A stretch of DNA of 63,046 bases, filler included, from Polymyxa betae A26-41 (GCA_003693705.1; 3 parts of 3 records of this genome joined end to end with filler, not necessarily neighbours in it), one strand, 5' to 3'. Positions 23,917-38,200 are shown, counted from the first letter of the whole stretch. A program made the numbers and translations. Notes: generated from the letters alone by a model not told the origin.

Positions 23917-25915
23917 ATGGCACCCTGGCCGAAGGTGGTTTTGGCGACCGCGAATGCGGCCGTAGCAACTGCCTGTCCCTTTCTTCGGGCTAATGCTGGC
24001 AATCTGACGCCAGCGATGCTGCCGTCGTTGATCCAGTCGGTTGGGAAGAATAGCTGCCCCTATATCCAATCGATGCTTCGAAAACAAGAATGTGGTTCTT
24101 CGGAATCCGTCCAACGAGTAAGGCATCTGCCGTTTTCAATCACCTTTCATGAATTTTTAATATTTTGTTAGTGTGCATCTTGCCCTGCCTCACAAGGCTT
24201 GCTTCACAAAATCCGCACTGAAGCTCTGGTTGAAGATAAACTTCGACAACTCAAATCCGAGGGACGGTAATGAAATCAGTCAGCCACAGCAAAGCGACGT
24301 CTTACCTCTTGGTTAGATATCGTACGTTCTTTGATATCGACCGCTCAGCTGGGGCCTTCCCCGCTGCCAAATGCAAGAACAACAACATCACGGTCTGGTG
24401 CAACAATGATTATCTAGGCATGGGCCAGCATCCCAAGGTCGTATCTGCCATGCACGAAGCAATCGATAAGGTATTATTACGTGCGCTCTAGCTCTGTGTT
24501 CGTTTTAAAACCGCTGCTCTAGGCTGGTGCTGGAGGTAAGCGACAGGCCGCAGATTATATCGTCTGTGAAGCTGACTGCTGGAAGCTGGCGGTACTCGTA
24601 ACATATCGGGAACTTCTCATTATCACAGCGAATTAGAGAATGAGCTCGCCTCTTTACATGGACATGAAGCTGCTCTTGTCTTCTCATCTGGTTTCTAGAC
24701 CCGTTGTCATTCCCATCTCTCGTCTTAGCTGAAATTCCAGGTTATGTTGCAAATGACGCAACTCTGTCAACGTTGGCAACTCTGCTTCCTGGTGCTCATT
24801 TCTTTAGCGATGAACTGAACCATGCCTCGATGATTGCTGGAATCTTACGAAGTCGCGGTAATTCGTCTCCTGTAGAAGCGGCTCCTGGCCCATCGTGTCT
24901 TTTACAGCAACCAAATCTGTCTTCCGCCACAACGATGTCGAACACCTGGAAGAGCTCCTCTCTAAGGCTGATCCGAACGTCCCGAAAGTTGTCGTCTTCG
25001 AGTCAGTTTACTCCATGGACGGAGACATTGCCGACATTGGTGCCATTTGCAGCGTCGCCGAAAAATACGGTGCTCTTACCTTCATCGATGAAGTAGATTC
25101 AAAAAATGTGTTTCAAAATCAGTGCTTAAGCGTTTACAGGTCCACGCCGTTGGATTGTACGGTAATGAAGGTGCTGGCGTTGCTTCAAGAGATGGCCAAT
25201 CTCATCGTCTCTCTATGGTTTCTGGTGCGGATGTTTCTTGTTTGCAGGATGGCTCGTGCTCATTGCTGTTTAGGCACGTTAGGGAAGGCTTTCGGATCAT
25301 TCGGTGGCTATGTCTCTGGAACCGCTTCTATGATTGATGCCATTCGCAGCTATGCTCCTGGATTTATTTTCACGACGGTAAATTGCGCGTGAGGTGCCTG
25401 CATGAATCTGAGTTTCGCTTTAGGCCATTCCTCCTGCAGTTGCTGCTGCTTCTCTTGCAAGCATCCGAGTTCTTCGTAGTGATGAGGGACGCTCGTTAAG
25501 GAATCGGCATCAAGTACCATGAGCTGAAGTTTCTGTAATTTGGTTTCTTATGATGTTCTAGGAGCGTGCTTCGTTAGTCAAAAGAGTGCTGAAAGGAGCT
25601 GGACTTCCTGTAATCCAATCAGACAGCCACATTGTTCCCGTAATTGTTGGAGATCCTGTTAAATGCAAGAAAGCCTCCGATCTTTTGATGGAATCACATC
25701 GCCTTTACGCCCAGGTATGATTTTACCGATTCCAAACACTTCTATTGAATAAGCGTTGTTAGCCCATTAATTATCCGACCGTCCCGCGTGGTACTGAGCG
25801 ATTGAGGCTCACTCCGACTCCTCTACATGACGAATCGAAAGTCTACCAACTTCGAGACGCACTGGTTTCTGTTTGGCAGCAACTTGATCTACCGATTATT
25901 GCATCAGCAAGCTGA
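23917..25915 (+). CDS. ALAS: 5-aminolevulinate synthase, mitochondrial type, multi-exon
   Basis: [78 protein letters not shown] (PLP lysine), [20 protein letters not shown]. Confidence 0.97.
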
Positions 25916-26024
25916 ACACTCTTTATCGGTAGCTGTTCCGCGCAACAATATCATTGTCTTTCCTATTTTGTTAAAACCAATACATATGTAAGCACTTATA
26001 TAACGGAGTGGAACATTATTTATT

Positions 26025-27769
26025 TCATAACTTCTTTCTGCATGTGAAGAACGCACATTGATACACAAAGCTCATCATTGATTGTGTGTTGGATACATAA
26101 TGACATTCGTGTGGAAATGACCACGACTGATGAACAGGTTAGCAGAACGATATCACCTAGAACCAAATGCGACATACAACAATCTCCAAACCGAAAGCTG
26201 GAATCACTTTTCGAACTTCTTCAAGAGAGATCTCTTTGCAGTAAATATATCAGTGCAATCCGACTGCTGCTATATCAGATGCATTACCAATTGATAAGTC
26301 TTCGGTATCGCTGTAATGATACAGTAATGGGCCTGCATGGAATAAGAAAACTATCAAGAACCTTTACAAAAAGCGGAATACCCAGATTGATCCAGTATCC
26401 GCCTGGCTTCAGAAAGCAGCTGATCTTCTCAATATAATCGATAACATTATGCGCTGCACGACCATTCAGATTCGTTCTGAAACCCAATCAACCCATTGAC
26501 CTGTGTCCAGAAAGAAACACGTGACGATCGCATCGAAGGCTCCAGGTTCATGATCGTAAACTTCGGTAAAGTCACCAGCTGACATTGCCATAGTCCCTAT
26601 CACATCCATTCCATACCGATACGGATCAGATATCAATCAGTATTACCAAGTAACGGCGTTGACGATGGCTTCACATCCGGAATCGTGAATTGACGAATTC
26701 GGTCTTCGGGCCGGATCACATTCGTGGTCTGATGCACGAACGGAGCGATCACGAATGGATGCGCGTCGTCATTGATACTGAAACCCGCAGCACTCATGAA
26801 CATCGTCACACCATTCACACACGAAATACCAATTCAGAACGAAATGTGATCCAAGCAGCATGAAATACGAGAACTCGTTGCCCTCCGATCGGAACCCATG
26901 ACGAGCAATCTCCCAAGTTAGCCGCCCTATTATACGAGATGAGCTTGCAGCTGTGCTTGCCAATCTTCCAATACCTAACCCAGCACCAGGCGTTAAAACG
27001 CGAATCTCGCGCCGGCTCGATTCATCTGGATACAGCTCGCAGAGACGTTGAATCACTCGACCATAGCTTTGTTCGCGCTGTCGAACTGGTTCAGCAGATA
27101 TTGAGAGGCGAAAAGCGGTGCCGACCTCAGCAGCGCCGTCGGCCGACCATTCACGAACGAATTGTCGCAGCGTCGACTTCATCTTATCCTATCGGCAGCA
27201 GATATAAACATGAAAATGGAGCCGAATCAGAGAGAAGATTTACCCACGAAATTACTGATTGAAACTTGAACCGATTGTAAATCGATCGCATATCGAAGCT
27301 ACTGAATTGTTCAATGTTATGCGGCAGCGCCCAGAACCCATTACGTTCGATTCGAAGATGGATGCCGATGCGCTCAGTAACGAATCGATGAATCGTTGAT
27401 TGACGATAACTTGGTCTAAGACAGCTTTCTGAGCGATGAGATAATCCGGTAGAAGGCGGCGATGCTGCTCTGGAATCGTCTAATTCTATCATTATCATTG
27501 ATAGATTGACAATTAAGGAAATACCTTCCAATGATTCGTATTGCGTTTAAGCTCGGTCATCGACATTCGAGCATACCTCTATAAATCGTCATAAAAAAAG
27601 TCGACGCTGTATAAGAAACAGAACCTTGAACGTGGCCAGGACTTCTGCCTATACGATCTCAGAACGGTCACAAAGCAGGTATTACCATGTTTGTTACCAG
27701 ATGGAGAGCTTCTTGATATTCGTCATCACCAGAATGTCTCTCGTGATTATGAGAAGAATGTGATGACAT
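26025..27769 (-). CDS. CARNMT1: Carnosine N-methyltransferase-like (N2227 family), multi-exon
   Basis: [68 protein letters not shown]. Confidence 0.92.
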
Positions 27770-27988
27770 TTGTATATACAGTGACCTCTCCAATGGGCAA
27801 TGACGCTCCTGAAAACTTATTTTGCGAGAGGGCGCACAAAATTCGTAATTTCTACGTAATATGGTCCGTGGACAGGGCAAGAAAATATTTTATACCTATC
27901 ATACTAAGATACGTACTTTTTTATACGTTACCTTAAGCACTCTCGGCTCAAATTTTTCTTACAAACACAGTATGTTATATCACTTTTA

Positions 27989-29881
27989 TTATGTTGTTGT
28001 TGTTGTCACATTCAATCTCCTGGATAAGGTCGTCAGCGATGGCGACACGTTCGGCAGCGACAACGCCTGCTTGACAGCGTCGTGAATCTGTACCAACCAT
28101 CAACTGGATGCCTGATCCACCACAGGGCACGCCATTACCGATGTCGGTATGGGGACCTGATCTTCAACTGCCTTGCATATCCAGGGTGTGATATTATCAG
28201 TAAATAGGCCTCGACCCAGCAAGATCGTGAATCTCACCATGAGCATGGTCCAGATCTCGGGCTGGATTTCAACATCTCGTGAACAACGACCCAGCAATCG
28301 AACTAAACCACTATTAGAAAGCCACCAGAAATCATCGATGACGTTTTTACCTAGACAGATATCATCGGCGATCTCGCAGGACGTTCGCAGGGCTCCATTG
28401 AGATCGCCACGTTCCATCAGATCCGCGATTCTGTTCCAGACACCAGCTGGGCGTTCCCCTGCAGCACGATCGCCACCGCCATCACGCTGCTGCCGCTGGA
28501 GCTGCTCGGTGACCGCTTCCAGCGACGTCAATCGCGTCGTAATCCTGAACACGGCAACCATTCAGACGCCTTTTAGCACAGCTGCTCCGGAGAGCGACGT
28601 ACTGTTCCAAGCCGGTATCGACGCGTCTGCAGAGATCCTCGACCAGATCGAATAGGACACGTTGCTGTCGTACAATCTTGTTCTGGACGTTATTCGTCGG
28701 TTTGCGTCGGGGCGGCGACGGCGCCAGTTCGGTGGCGTATTCGAAGGGCGTCGGCTGGATGACGTCGTGCTCGCCTCGATCGTCCTCATTCGTTGTCGGA
28801 GGCGGATCTACAGCGACAACGACCGGCGATGTCGGCAGCGATATCCATCTGAAACGGATTCAGGATTTGGATGCGAACGGGATAAGGACGACGAACTTGT
28901 TCAATGCTGCAGTGGCGGCTTCACGAACTTGTGCAATGCGATGGAATCGAGCTTGCTGTAATGCAGCGAGAACATCACGACCGTAGATCTGATAGTAATG
29001 TTCATGAGCCCAGGATTGTAATGCACGAGCTGCTGAATGTGAGGATTGCCATGATCCAGATGATGAGAGACTCGATGTTAATGATCGGAAGAGACTCGGT
29101 AAGGCAGATGGTGATGGTCTCAGGGCGGGAATCGCTGCTAATCCATCGAACAGATATCGTTGTATGATTGGATGGAGGTTGGGCCTGCTCAGATGCTTCT
29201 GAATCACCACCGAAATCGCAGCTACAATTCGAATCAGCTCGATGCAGAATCGCGAGTTTCCGTTGATTGTCACCGTAAGAATCTGTTAGAAGAGCGGGTT
29301 CTAGATCTGATAGGAGACGTGCTAGAGCTCGGGCAGCAGAAGCTTGTATGGGAGCTGGTTTATTACTCATCAATCGATATATTGATGTTAGGACAGATTG
29401 GAACTGTTTATCAGGTAATGAATATCGACAGATCTGTGCTAATGATATCCCACTGTGTACGATTATTAGCTAAAACGAATCAAGGATTGGATGATGGTGA
29501 TACCCAGCTTCCTGAACATGAAGATCCGCATCTTGGATGGATTTCATCACGAACTGAATCAGACGTGATGCATACGGGATCAAGGAGGATCTCGCAGAAG
29601 CGGATAATCGCCCGATCAGGTCGACGATCAAGGCCCGAGCCGCCGGTTTCTGATGCGTGTGATCTGCACAACCGTGATCAGAGCACGTCTTGGTGGCGAT
29701 CATTCCATCGAATACTTTGACAAAGACATTCGACCAAGATCGGGACTGATTCCGGCTCCAGATTATGCATGAAACTGAGCAGGGTATGATACGACGCCGA
29801 TCGAGTATCGAGATCGTTCAGACGCTGCAGGACGACCAGCAGACGTTGCTGCAAGGTCGGCAGCGGCCACGGGTCCAGCAT
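27989..29881 (-). CDS. TORTIFOLIA1/SPIRAL2-like HEAT-repeat protein, multi-exon
   Basis: N-term LQQRLLVVLQRLNDLDTRSASY..LEPESVPILVECL; ARFHRIAQVREAATAAL; coiled coil; C-term WNRIADLMERGDLNGAL..DDICLVRLLGR..FTDNITPWI. These parallel my recollection of the SPR2 N- and C-terminal domains. Confidence 0.7.
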
Positions 29882-30106
29882 TCCCACACCGCCGCTTAGA
29901 TCATGAACCGGCGCTTCTCGTGTCAATATCGGCAGAGGGCCCGACAATCCGACCCGTACTAATAGTCGAATAAGCCTGTGCGATCGCCACCTCGTTCATC
30001 GTCGACTCAATAATAGCGTCATGTAGAGACAGCGGTCTAGTACGACCATGACTGCCGCAATGACGAGATACAGAGACAGAATGTGATCGATAATCCCAAA
30101 ACTCGT

Positions 30107-31757
30107 TTAATGTTCCATTTTCCTGAAATCCACAATTTGCTGGAATACAGTGAGCAGGATCTCGGTCGCCTGTACTGGCCCGCTGGGCGCCCCCGACGCT
30201 GGACCAACGCCGCAGATCTCGCCGGCCTCCTGAATGAACCATTCCAGGTCGTTCTCGTCGCATTTGTTACAGAGCTGGGCCAGACGGATCTTCCTTGATG
30301 CGAAATGATCGTCCAGATCGAATAATTCCAGGGGCGGCGGCGCCAGCTCCCTAATTCGCGCAGAATCAATCCAAGGCGGTGTGTGTGTGTGTGTGTGTTG
30401 GGGTCGGTATTACCTGAGACAGGGCGGGAATACAGCCGGCTGTAGTTTCGGCTGCGGGATCTCGAATTCCGGCGGAATCAATGTTAATGGTGTATTTGGT
30501 AGATCAATAGAGGCTGCTAATTCCACCGTCTCGGGTATCATATCGATATTGAACTCGAACTGTCGTTCATCGAACAGTTTCATGAAATCGTGTGGCACCT
30601 CTTCGCTCTCCTACGAGGCGGATTCAGCATCGGTAGTCATACTGACCCATGCGGCAGCCGATTGCACCTCTAAACAGACTTGTAGTTGTTCGGCCAATGC
30701 GGCTGTATTTGGACACATTGATGTCTCTCCAGATTCAGCACAATCGCGATCAGGAGGCGGTATCTCACAGCGCTCTACGAACCCATCGTCACCACATCCC
30801 AACAAAACGTGAAAAAAGCGTCTCGAACCTAAGGCGAGTCGAAGGAAAACCTGCAGGAGAACCTCATTGTTCTCTTTATCGATCCAATCATCTGTGAAGA
30901 TCGCCGACGATCCTATCACGATGACAGACCCTGATGAAGTCGAGGGCCGCGTGACCGCCGCTATTGGACGATCGGCCGGGAATGCGAGCCGGCCAGTATG
31001 CAGCAGCGGCACGGCTGGACGTTCATACTCCAACGAGCACCCATATGGATATACGATAGAGAACTGATCGCTATTGGGACCATCTCAGATCTCGTTAAAG
31101 CCGCCCAAAGGCGATCATCATACTCATAAAGATTGGTATCTTGATCCAAATTCCGCCATTCCTTCCGATTCGTCAGTTTATCGAACCGTTCGCTCATGAT
31201 CGGGTCGTTGATCAGCACCTAAACCGTTGTTGTTGGTGGTGATGCGATCGGAGATCACGAATCCGCCGAACCTGTTTCGGGTGGAAATATCGATGGAAGG
31301 CGTGTCTGGCGACCGAATCTGGGCAGAACGCGATCCCGAATCGCTGCAGGAATTCGTTCAACGCATCGTTGCGCTGTGTTTGCGACGAGCCATAACCGCA
31401 GACCAGCAGGCTACCACCCGAGTTCACATATTTCTGCATGACCTCCATCTCCGAAGAACTGAACGGGTCTCGGGCGCCGCCGATGATCAGCATCGCAGCC
31501 TGTCCAACGACCTCGCCTGTAATCTCACCGGAATTTCTATCGCCATGTTTAGTTCAATGGATGGCGAGACAGCTCGCTACAGACACGATCACATTGTTCT
31601 TCTGTTTCAGTTTCCGATGCAGAGCGCGATATCCATTCGACGGTGTGAAGATGTTGTTCTTGGAGTTGTCGATGATAACCGTGGCGCCATTCGAGCTGCT
31701 GCTGCTGCTGCCTTCTGGTCGCAGCGATTCGATTCTCGGAAAGGGATCGGCTAACAT
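30107..31757 (-). CDS. IFT52: Intraflagellar transport protein 52, multi-exon
   Basis: DNSKNNIFTPSNGYRALHRKLK, FHRYFHPKQ, YPYGCSL, LTLIPPEFEIPQPKLQPAVFPP, PPLELFDLDDHFAS, QIVDFRK. Confidence 0.95.
30379..30398. repeat. (GT)10 microsatellite in an IFT52 intron
   Basis: gtgtgtgtgtgtgtgtgtgt. Confidence 0.95.
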
Positions 31758-31855
31758 GATATCGGCCCGTCGTACTGGAACTATGACGACTAGCAACTAA
31801 GCACAGCAACCAGCTGGTGTAACATTCGACAATTGCTTTTATCTGACAATTTAGT

Positions 31856-34800
31856 TCACATTCTGTCGACGGCGTTAATGCCGAGCAGGTACAGCCCTTG
31901 CTTGATAATCGCACCAACGGCAGCGATGAATTCCAGTCGGGTTAGCTTGAGATCGTCGGTCTCGGCCGTTTTAACAGGGGATACTTCATACCTAACAGAA
32001 TGTTAATTTGGATTATCAAAAGGGTCCCAAACACTTGATCATACCACGAGTTGAAATCTTTGGACAGTTCATAGAGGTATTTGCAGAGAGTGTTGGGTTT
32101 ATATTCATAGGCGGATCTCTCAACAATGCTCCAGAAATTGTTGATAGCAGAAAGCAAAGAGCGATCGTGATCGCTGTTAAGCAATGACAGATCGACGTTG
32201 GCGTTCTCTGGCCTATCTGCTTTAGCCATAATCGCTTTAATACGAGCATACGCATAGCAAAGATAAGGACCTAACAGGCATTAAATGACGATTCGGACAA
32301 GCACAACATTAACGTACCGGTATCACCGGTTTTAGCAGTCCATTCCTTCAATACAAAGACAATATCTTTAATCGGGTCCTGATTAAGCATTCGGTATTTA
32401 ATTGTGGCCAGAGCAATCTGATGCTGAACTGGATGTATCATATCAATATAACCGGTTACAAAGCTACATGAGACGAACCATTCAGGATTTCTTCATCCGA
32501 CCAGACGCCTTTGTACTTCTCCAAATACGTGGCCATAATCTCATCCGACTATCCAGATTTAGCGACAATCAGAGCTTTAAAGAATTCCAACATACAAGCT
32601 GCTCTTTGAGATCGTTGAAATAGATGACAGTTCCATCACGAGAGCTCATCTTGCCATTTGGACCAACAACCTGTCCATACGACAAATGGAAACATTTCTT
32701 AGCTTGCTCGTAACCTACCATCAGGATCAGCTCTACATTTACTACAACGTTTTGTTATGGATAATTACCAAGACGCTCTAAACATGCGAAAACTTGCTGG
32801 AAATGCAAAGTCTGGGCACTGTCAACGATATAGATGCTGCGCTCGATCTGGTAATCGCGGAATTTATGCTGAATGGCTCTAAGAAGACGTTGATTGAGGG
32901 ATGATCAGAGGTTTACCTGAGCCAAGCTGAGGTCTTTTGTGGCATAAAGACCAGCACCATTAGATTTGATCAGAATCAAGAATGGCAAATTGAACATGGA
33001 CAGATCACATCCAAGAGCTCCATTCGATTTGGTCATGATACCGCCCTCCTCAGGTGACAGCTTGTAATTATCGTAAACCAGATGACGGCTCTCTTCAGAT
33101 ACTTCCGATTCGAAGAAGTAATGATCGAATCGCTAAACACCATCATTGGAATGAATCTATGATATGGATAGGGCGCCCATACCGCCTCCAGCCAGCTGTA
33201 AATCGCCTTGAAATCATCAAAGCTCCATTGTTTGGTCTTCTCCCAAAGTTCGGTCATCTCTTTATCTCCCGACTCCAGATGACGCAATACATCATCGACT
33301 ATCAATACATTCAGCAAACCGATTTAATTTCACATTCCATTGATCGTTCACCTTCATTCTTTTTACGTTTGTGCTCTTCTGTTACAGATTCTGGTTTCGA
33401 TTTATCCAGTTTGCCGATTTCTACGAGAAGTTCACCGGGTTGGCAGTTCTCTTCCAACACCATAACCATGGAGGATTCCACCGGGGGGCTGCCGCCCTTT
33501 TTGCCTTTCTTGCCTTTAGCAGCGGCACCATCTGAAACCGGATCAGACGAAACCTCGCCTACAAACACCGCTTGCGTACCGTCTTGTGGCAACGACGCCT
33601 TCACCTTCTCCACGCGACCTTTTGGGGCGGTCGCACCGAGCTCCGAATACGCCAGCATCATCCCACAGGAATGAACGCCTTTCATATCTCGAGGGGCGAT
33701 CAGCTGCTTCTTGAGTCTGGATCCCACAGGAATATAAGCGATCATATCACCAACCTATCCGACCTTGTTCAACAGCCAAACGAATGCGGTTTCAAAGCGG
33801 AAAGACCTCATAGCCGATACCGCCACAAACAACAGTTGCAGGCTGATCAGCGCCGTATTCAACCGTACAAAGATGCCAGTTAGCAGGAGCGTCAGCAGCT
33901 GGATGCTTCTCCTTCTTGACGATGCAAGCTGCGACAATATTCGGATACGGATAACGAGTAAATGATCGCAGATCAAGCATATCGTTAGCTTCGGCATAAA
34001 GCTTGCCGAGGTACTCTCCCTTTCTATTACAAACGTGAACAATGGGTTGTTTTCCTCTGGACAAAAAAATACCGATCAGCAGGAACATCGAGCTGCTCCA
34101 AAGTCTTTCCCTCTTGTTCCATTTGTTGACGTAACAGCCATAAACATTTGGAAACGTGAGCTCCTTCGTCACCCAGATAGTTAACAGCGACAACTTCATG
34201 GCCCATTTGTTCGAACAATCGAATAACGCTGCCTCCTAATGCCACATTTCGCATATGCCCTACATGGAACGCCTTCATGCTTATCAGTATCATAACAATC
34301 ACAGCAGCTTAATCCATCAGCCTACCTTGTGCGTGTTTGGCTGAGAATATTCGATCATCACTTTCTCTTGCGTTGTACGCGGCAGAGGATTCAGGAACGT
34401 GCCTGATTGGATTGGTTGAGATCTCATTGCAGATTGGACAAGACATCGAATACCGTGATTGATGCTGTTAATGACGGATCCGAAATATTTCGCGAGTAGT
34501 TTCAGATTGATATAGACGCCATTAGGAGTGGTGGATTCGAACACTACAATGGCAGATATTTCAACATAAATCAGGAGCAGTTCTGAGTCCAGAGTTACCT
34601 TCAGCATATTTAGGAGTTGTTTCAATGATCTTGTTGATACGGTCGCTCAGAGAACTGGACATCTCGTTAGGTTTGGCACCGGTCACCAGTTTACAGAGAG
34701 ATGAGCATGGGAACATGAATTCTCCCTGGCCGCGGGAGCGAGGACGAGACATCGATTTGCTTAAAACGACAGCCATCTGCATCGTCAGTGAATATACGTT

Positions 34801-34917
34801 GAAGTCCAGCAACAATCTGTGGCAGACCTCGGCAGGAATATCAACATTGTAGGCATCCTTGACGACCTGAAAGATAACCTCGACGAACTTGGACTGAGCG
34901 TTCCCAAGAATATCCAT
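31856..34917 (-). CDS. argS: Arginyl-tRNA synthetase with an inserted tRNA-binding OB-fold domain, multi-exon
   Basis: EYSQPNTHK|AFHVGHMRN (HIGH), NYLGDEG, LYATKDL, SIYIVD..Q..HFQQ, GKMSSRDG (KMSKS), GDTG|PYLCYAYAR, C-terminal GLYLLGINAVDRM*. Confidence 0.96.
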
Positions 34918-35257
34918 TTGTAGATGGAATAGAGAGGAGACTTAGACCCGAAACGAACGAACCGGAAATGGAGATTCCAGACAGACCAGCTGAGCTTGTT
35001 CAGTCGCTTCTGCTCTTTAGCGGTGCGCAGTTTTAACGGTCTGTTTAGCCATGAGCCCATGAACTTGTCACGCTTTGCCAGACAAATCTGTTAATGATAA
35101 ATCAACACATTGGGCCACGGTCGAAACTGACTGATTTTCCAATCAAGCCATACGACAGGATCGCCTATCGTGAACTAGTCTAATTATGTTTGATTAACGC
35201 AGATGTAGAATTGAAACTAGAATTACGTTTGAGGAATATTCGTTTATATTACTAAAT

Positions 35258-38200
35258 CTAAAACTCGTCTTCATCATCGTAGTCTTTGGTGGAGATAGAC
35301 ATCAATGGTGGTATATTCTGGTGCGGAGCTTCTAGCACTTCAAATTTATACAGGGTTTTAAACAATAGGACTTTGGTGGCTAGAAAAAGCAAATCAGTAT
35401 CTGAGCTGTCATATCACTATTCAATGACGTACCGTCCTGGATCATGAAGATTATCAGACAGTATGCCCAGACTCCCATACAAACGGTAAAAGAGATGGCT
35501 TGGCCGGACGCTTCTGAAGTTTCAGCAGGAAATGGCCAAGTCAGAGCAATTATTGTTGAGCACCCTAGAGCCTGTAACCAGTACACTCAGAACATAATGA
35601 CAAACCGGACAAACAATATTGTTTACAATGACTGCTCCTACAATCACTTGCCAGCTTGGTCGGGACTTGAAGAACCAATCGGTGCCCGTACGAGAGCTGA
35701 ACAACGTCAAGAAATCGCTGATAGCAACTTTCACTAAAAGTATATTCAGCCGGAATGCGAACAAGAATGCATTGGCGTTCGCTTACAAAACATTATGGTG
35801 ACAACATGCGAGAATGTTAGTCCTTCCAAACTAAATTACAGTACAAGATTAGAACCAAGAAGAATATCGAGCCAAACCGGCCTACCTACCGCAATGAGAC
35901 ATCAAGAAGAATCAGAGAAGATGTGCAAGCGATAAAGCCCAGACAAGATGATGTTATCCATAGCACTTTCATATCCCATTTCATGGGAGTCCGACTTGTT
36001 TGAACCGAATCATAAGCAATGCTAATGTCCATAAGTTGTTTGAAATAGTCGGTTTCCATGGTGCTTTACCTGATGATTGTTCCATCATTCAGAACAGTAA
36101 TGCAAATCAGACCCTGTGAACTTGAGTGAGAAAACCAAGAAAAACGGTAAGCCAATAATTACGATGATAGGCATAGAGAAGAATTTTGGATGATTTAGAT
36201 TGTAACCGGCTGGATGGATAAAAATGATGGCGAAGAAGAAGAAGAACAACAATTGAAGTGTAGCAGCAATTCGGTACACCTGGACGAGGATGAGCACAGT
36301 TCGACACAAATGGGGATTGGCTAACCAGAAACGCCCTCATTTTGGAGTGGATACGTCGGGCAATCAGAATAGCCTGGACAGTTCATTAGAGCAAATACAC
36401 ACTATTCGCAAGCCATACTTCAACAATTGCAGATAGACCCGGAGTCGTCAGTACAATGTCAGCAGATGCACGAGCAGCATCGGTAGCTCCAACGACAGCC
36501 TTCAGCATTGTAAGCCAAACATGCTCGAGACGGTTTGTACTCAGAAACGTACAATCCCACAGTGTGCGTGTTTTAATGCAGGGGCGTCGTTGACCCCATC
36601 GCCCGTCATGCCGACGATATGGCCGCGCTGCATTAGTGCCTCAACCATGACGAATTTCTGCCCCGGTAATGCTTGTGACATTCCATCGCAGTTCTAGTTT
36701 AAATAATTCAGGTTTTGATAGAGAGGATTCTTGAAAAAGGCATCACCTCAATGATATCACCGTATTGCTCGCCCAGATCAGAGGGTATAGGTTGTGATAT
36801 ATCAACTTCGGGCAAAGTACAGGGAATAATATCAGCATTGCCCAGGTATAAAGCCTCAGCAGTATTCCGAGCAACGTTTTGGTGATCTCCCTACATAGAG
36901 ATGATGATCAGTAAGCTCGTCTGAGCGCAGGACGTTCACAAACCGTAATCATTTTAATCGTGACCCCGTATTGGTTGGCCAAAGCAATCGTCTTCCTATA
37001 AGCCTGTTCAGAATAGAGGAAATGGTACGTTTTAAAATTGGTACTTGGCATCTTTGCGAGGGGGATCGAGGAAAGTCAGCAATCCGATCATGGTTAGATC
37101 AGATTCATCATTCCCTAAACTTTTCGCAATTGCCAATGACCGAATACCACGCTTGGCGTAATCGTCGACAGCTTTTTGAAATTCCGCAGAAATTTCGCCC
37201 TAATCTGAAATCAGTGGAATGCAAAGCAAGCGATCCGGAGGTTTTGCCTTGTTGGAGCACAGCTCAAGAACGGCATCAGGAGCGCCTTTAACGACTCGGA
37301 AGCGCGTTCCATCCTAATATTCGCTTTAGAATGAAAACGAATCTGTTTTGGCATGAGTTACTTTCGACGTGCAAACAGTCTCGGTTCGCTTGGTCTCCGA
37401 GTCAAATGGAGTGAATGAGTTTTGAGTATATTCATCACACTCGTCCAGCGGGGCAGTTTCTATCACCTTCAAAGAAGCATTATTGAGACATCACAATGAG
37501 AACAAACTATGACGGTTGTTACCATAGTGTCAATGGCATCTTTTGCAGGTTCACGCCATCGGGTTGCTAAAGCGGCGTGCACGAGCAGAATGTGCCGGGT
37601 GATTCCCTGAACAAACCCAAGACAGGTTGGTTCAAGTTTCATTTGGTTCAACGTCAGCGTGCCGGTTTTGTCCGAGCACAGCATCGACATGCCAGCCAGG
37701 CCTGAAACCAATAAGCACAATCATCTGATTGACAGGAACGATCAGCCTTACGTTCAATAGCGCTCAGATTGGATACGATAGCGGAATGGGAGGTCAATTC
37801 GCGCGATCCCAGCGCCAGCGTTGCTGTTACAACGACTTCGATGGCGATCGGGATGGACGACACCTAAGCCGAATATCACGCCGTCTATCATGTCGACTCT
37901 CCAGAACCATTACAAGAATGACAATATTGAATGAGAGCGCGCTTTTTACGTGCTCCCCATAAGCCAACATGTAGACCAGAGTGATAGTACAGAACGTTAC
38001 TGAGATCACCAGTAGGATGGTAACGATACGCAGTAGAAGACGGTCTAGAGCATTGCTGGTCTGGCCTCCGCTCATTTGTATCATGGAGGCGGTGTTCCCA
38101 TAGCTCGTGTTCATGCCTGCGAAGGGTCAGAGACGATTCCGGTGCGATGGCGGCCAAAGCGTACCTGTGGCGGTCACGATGGCGGTCGCTTCACCACGAA

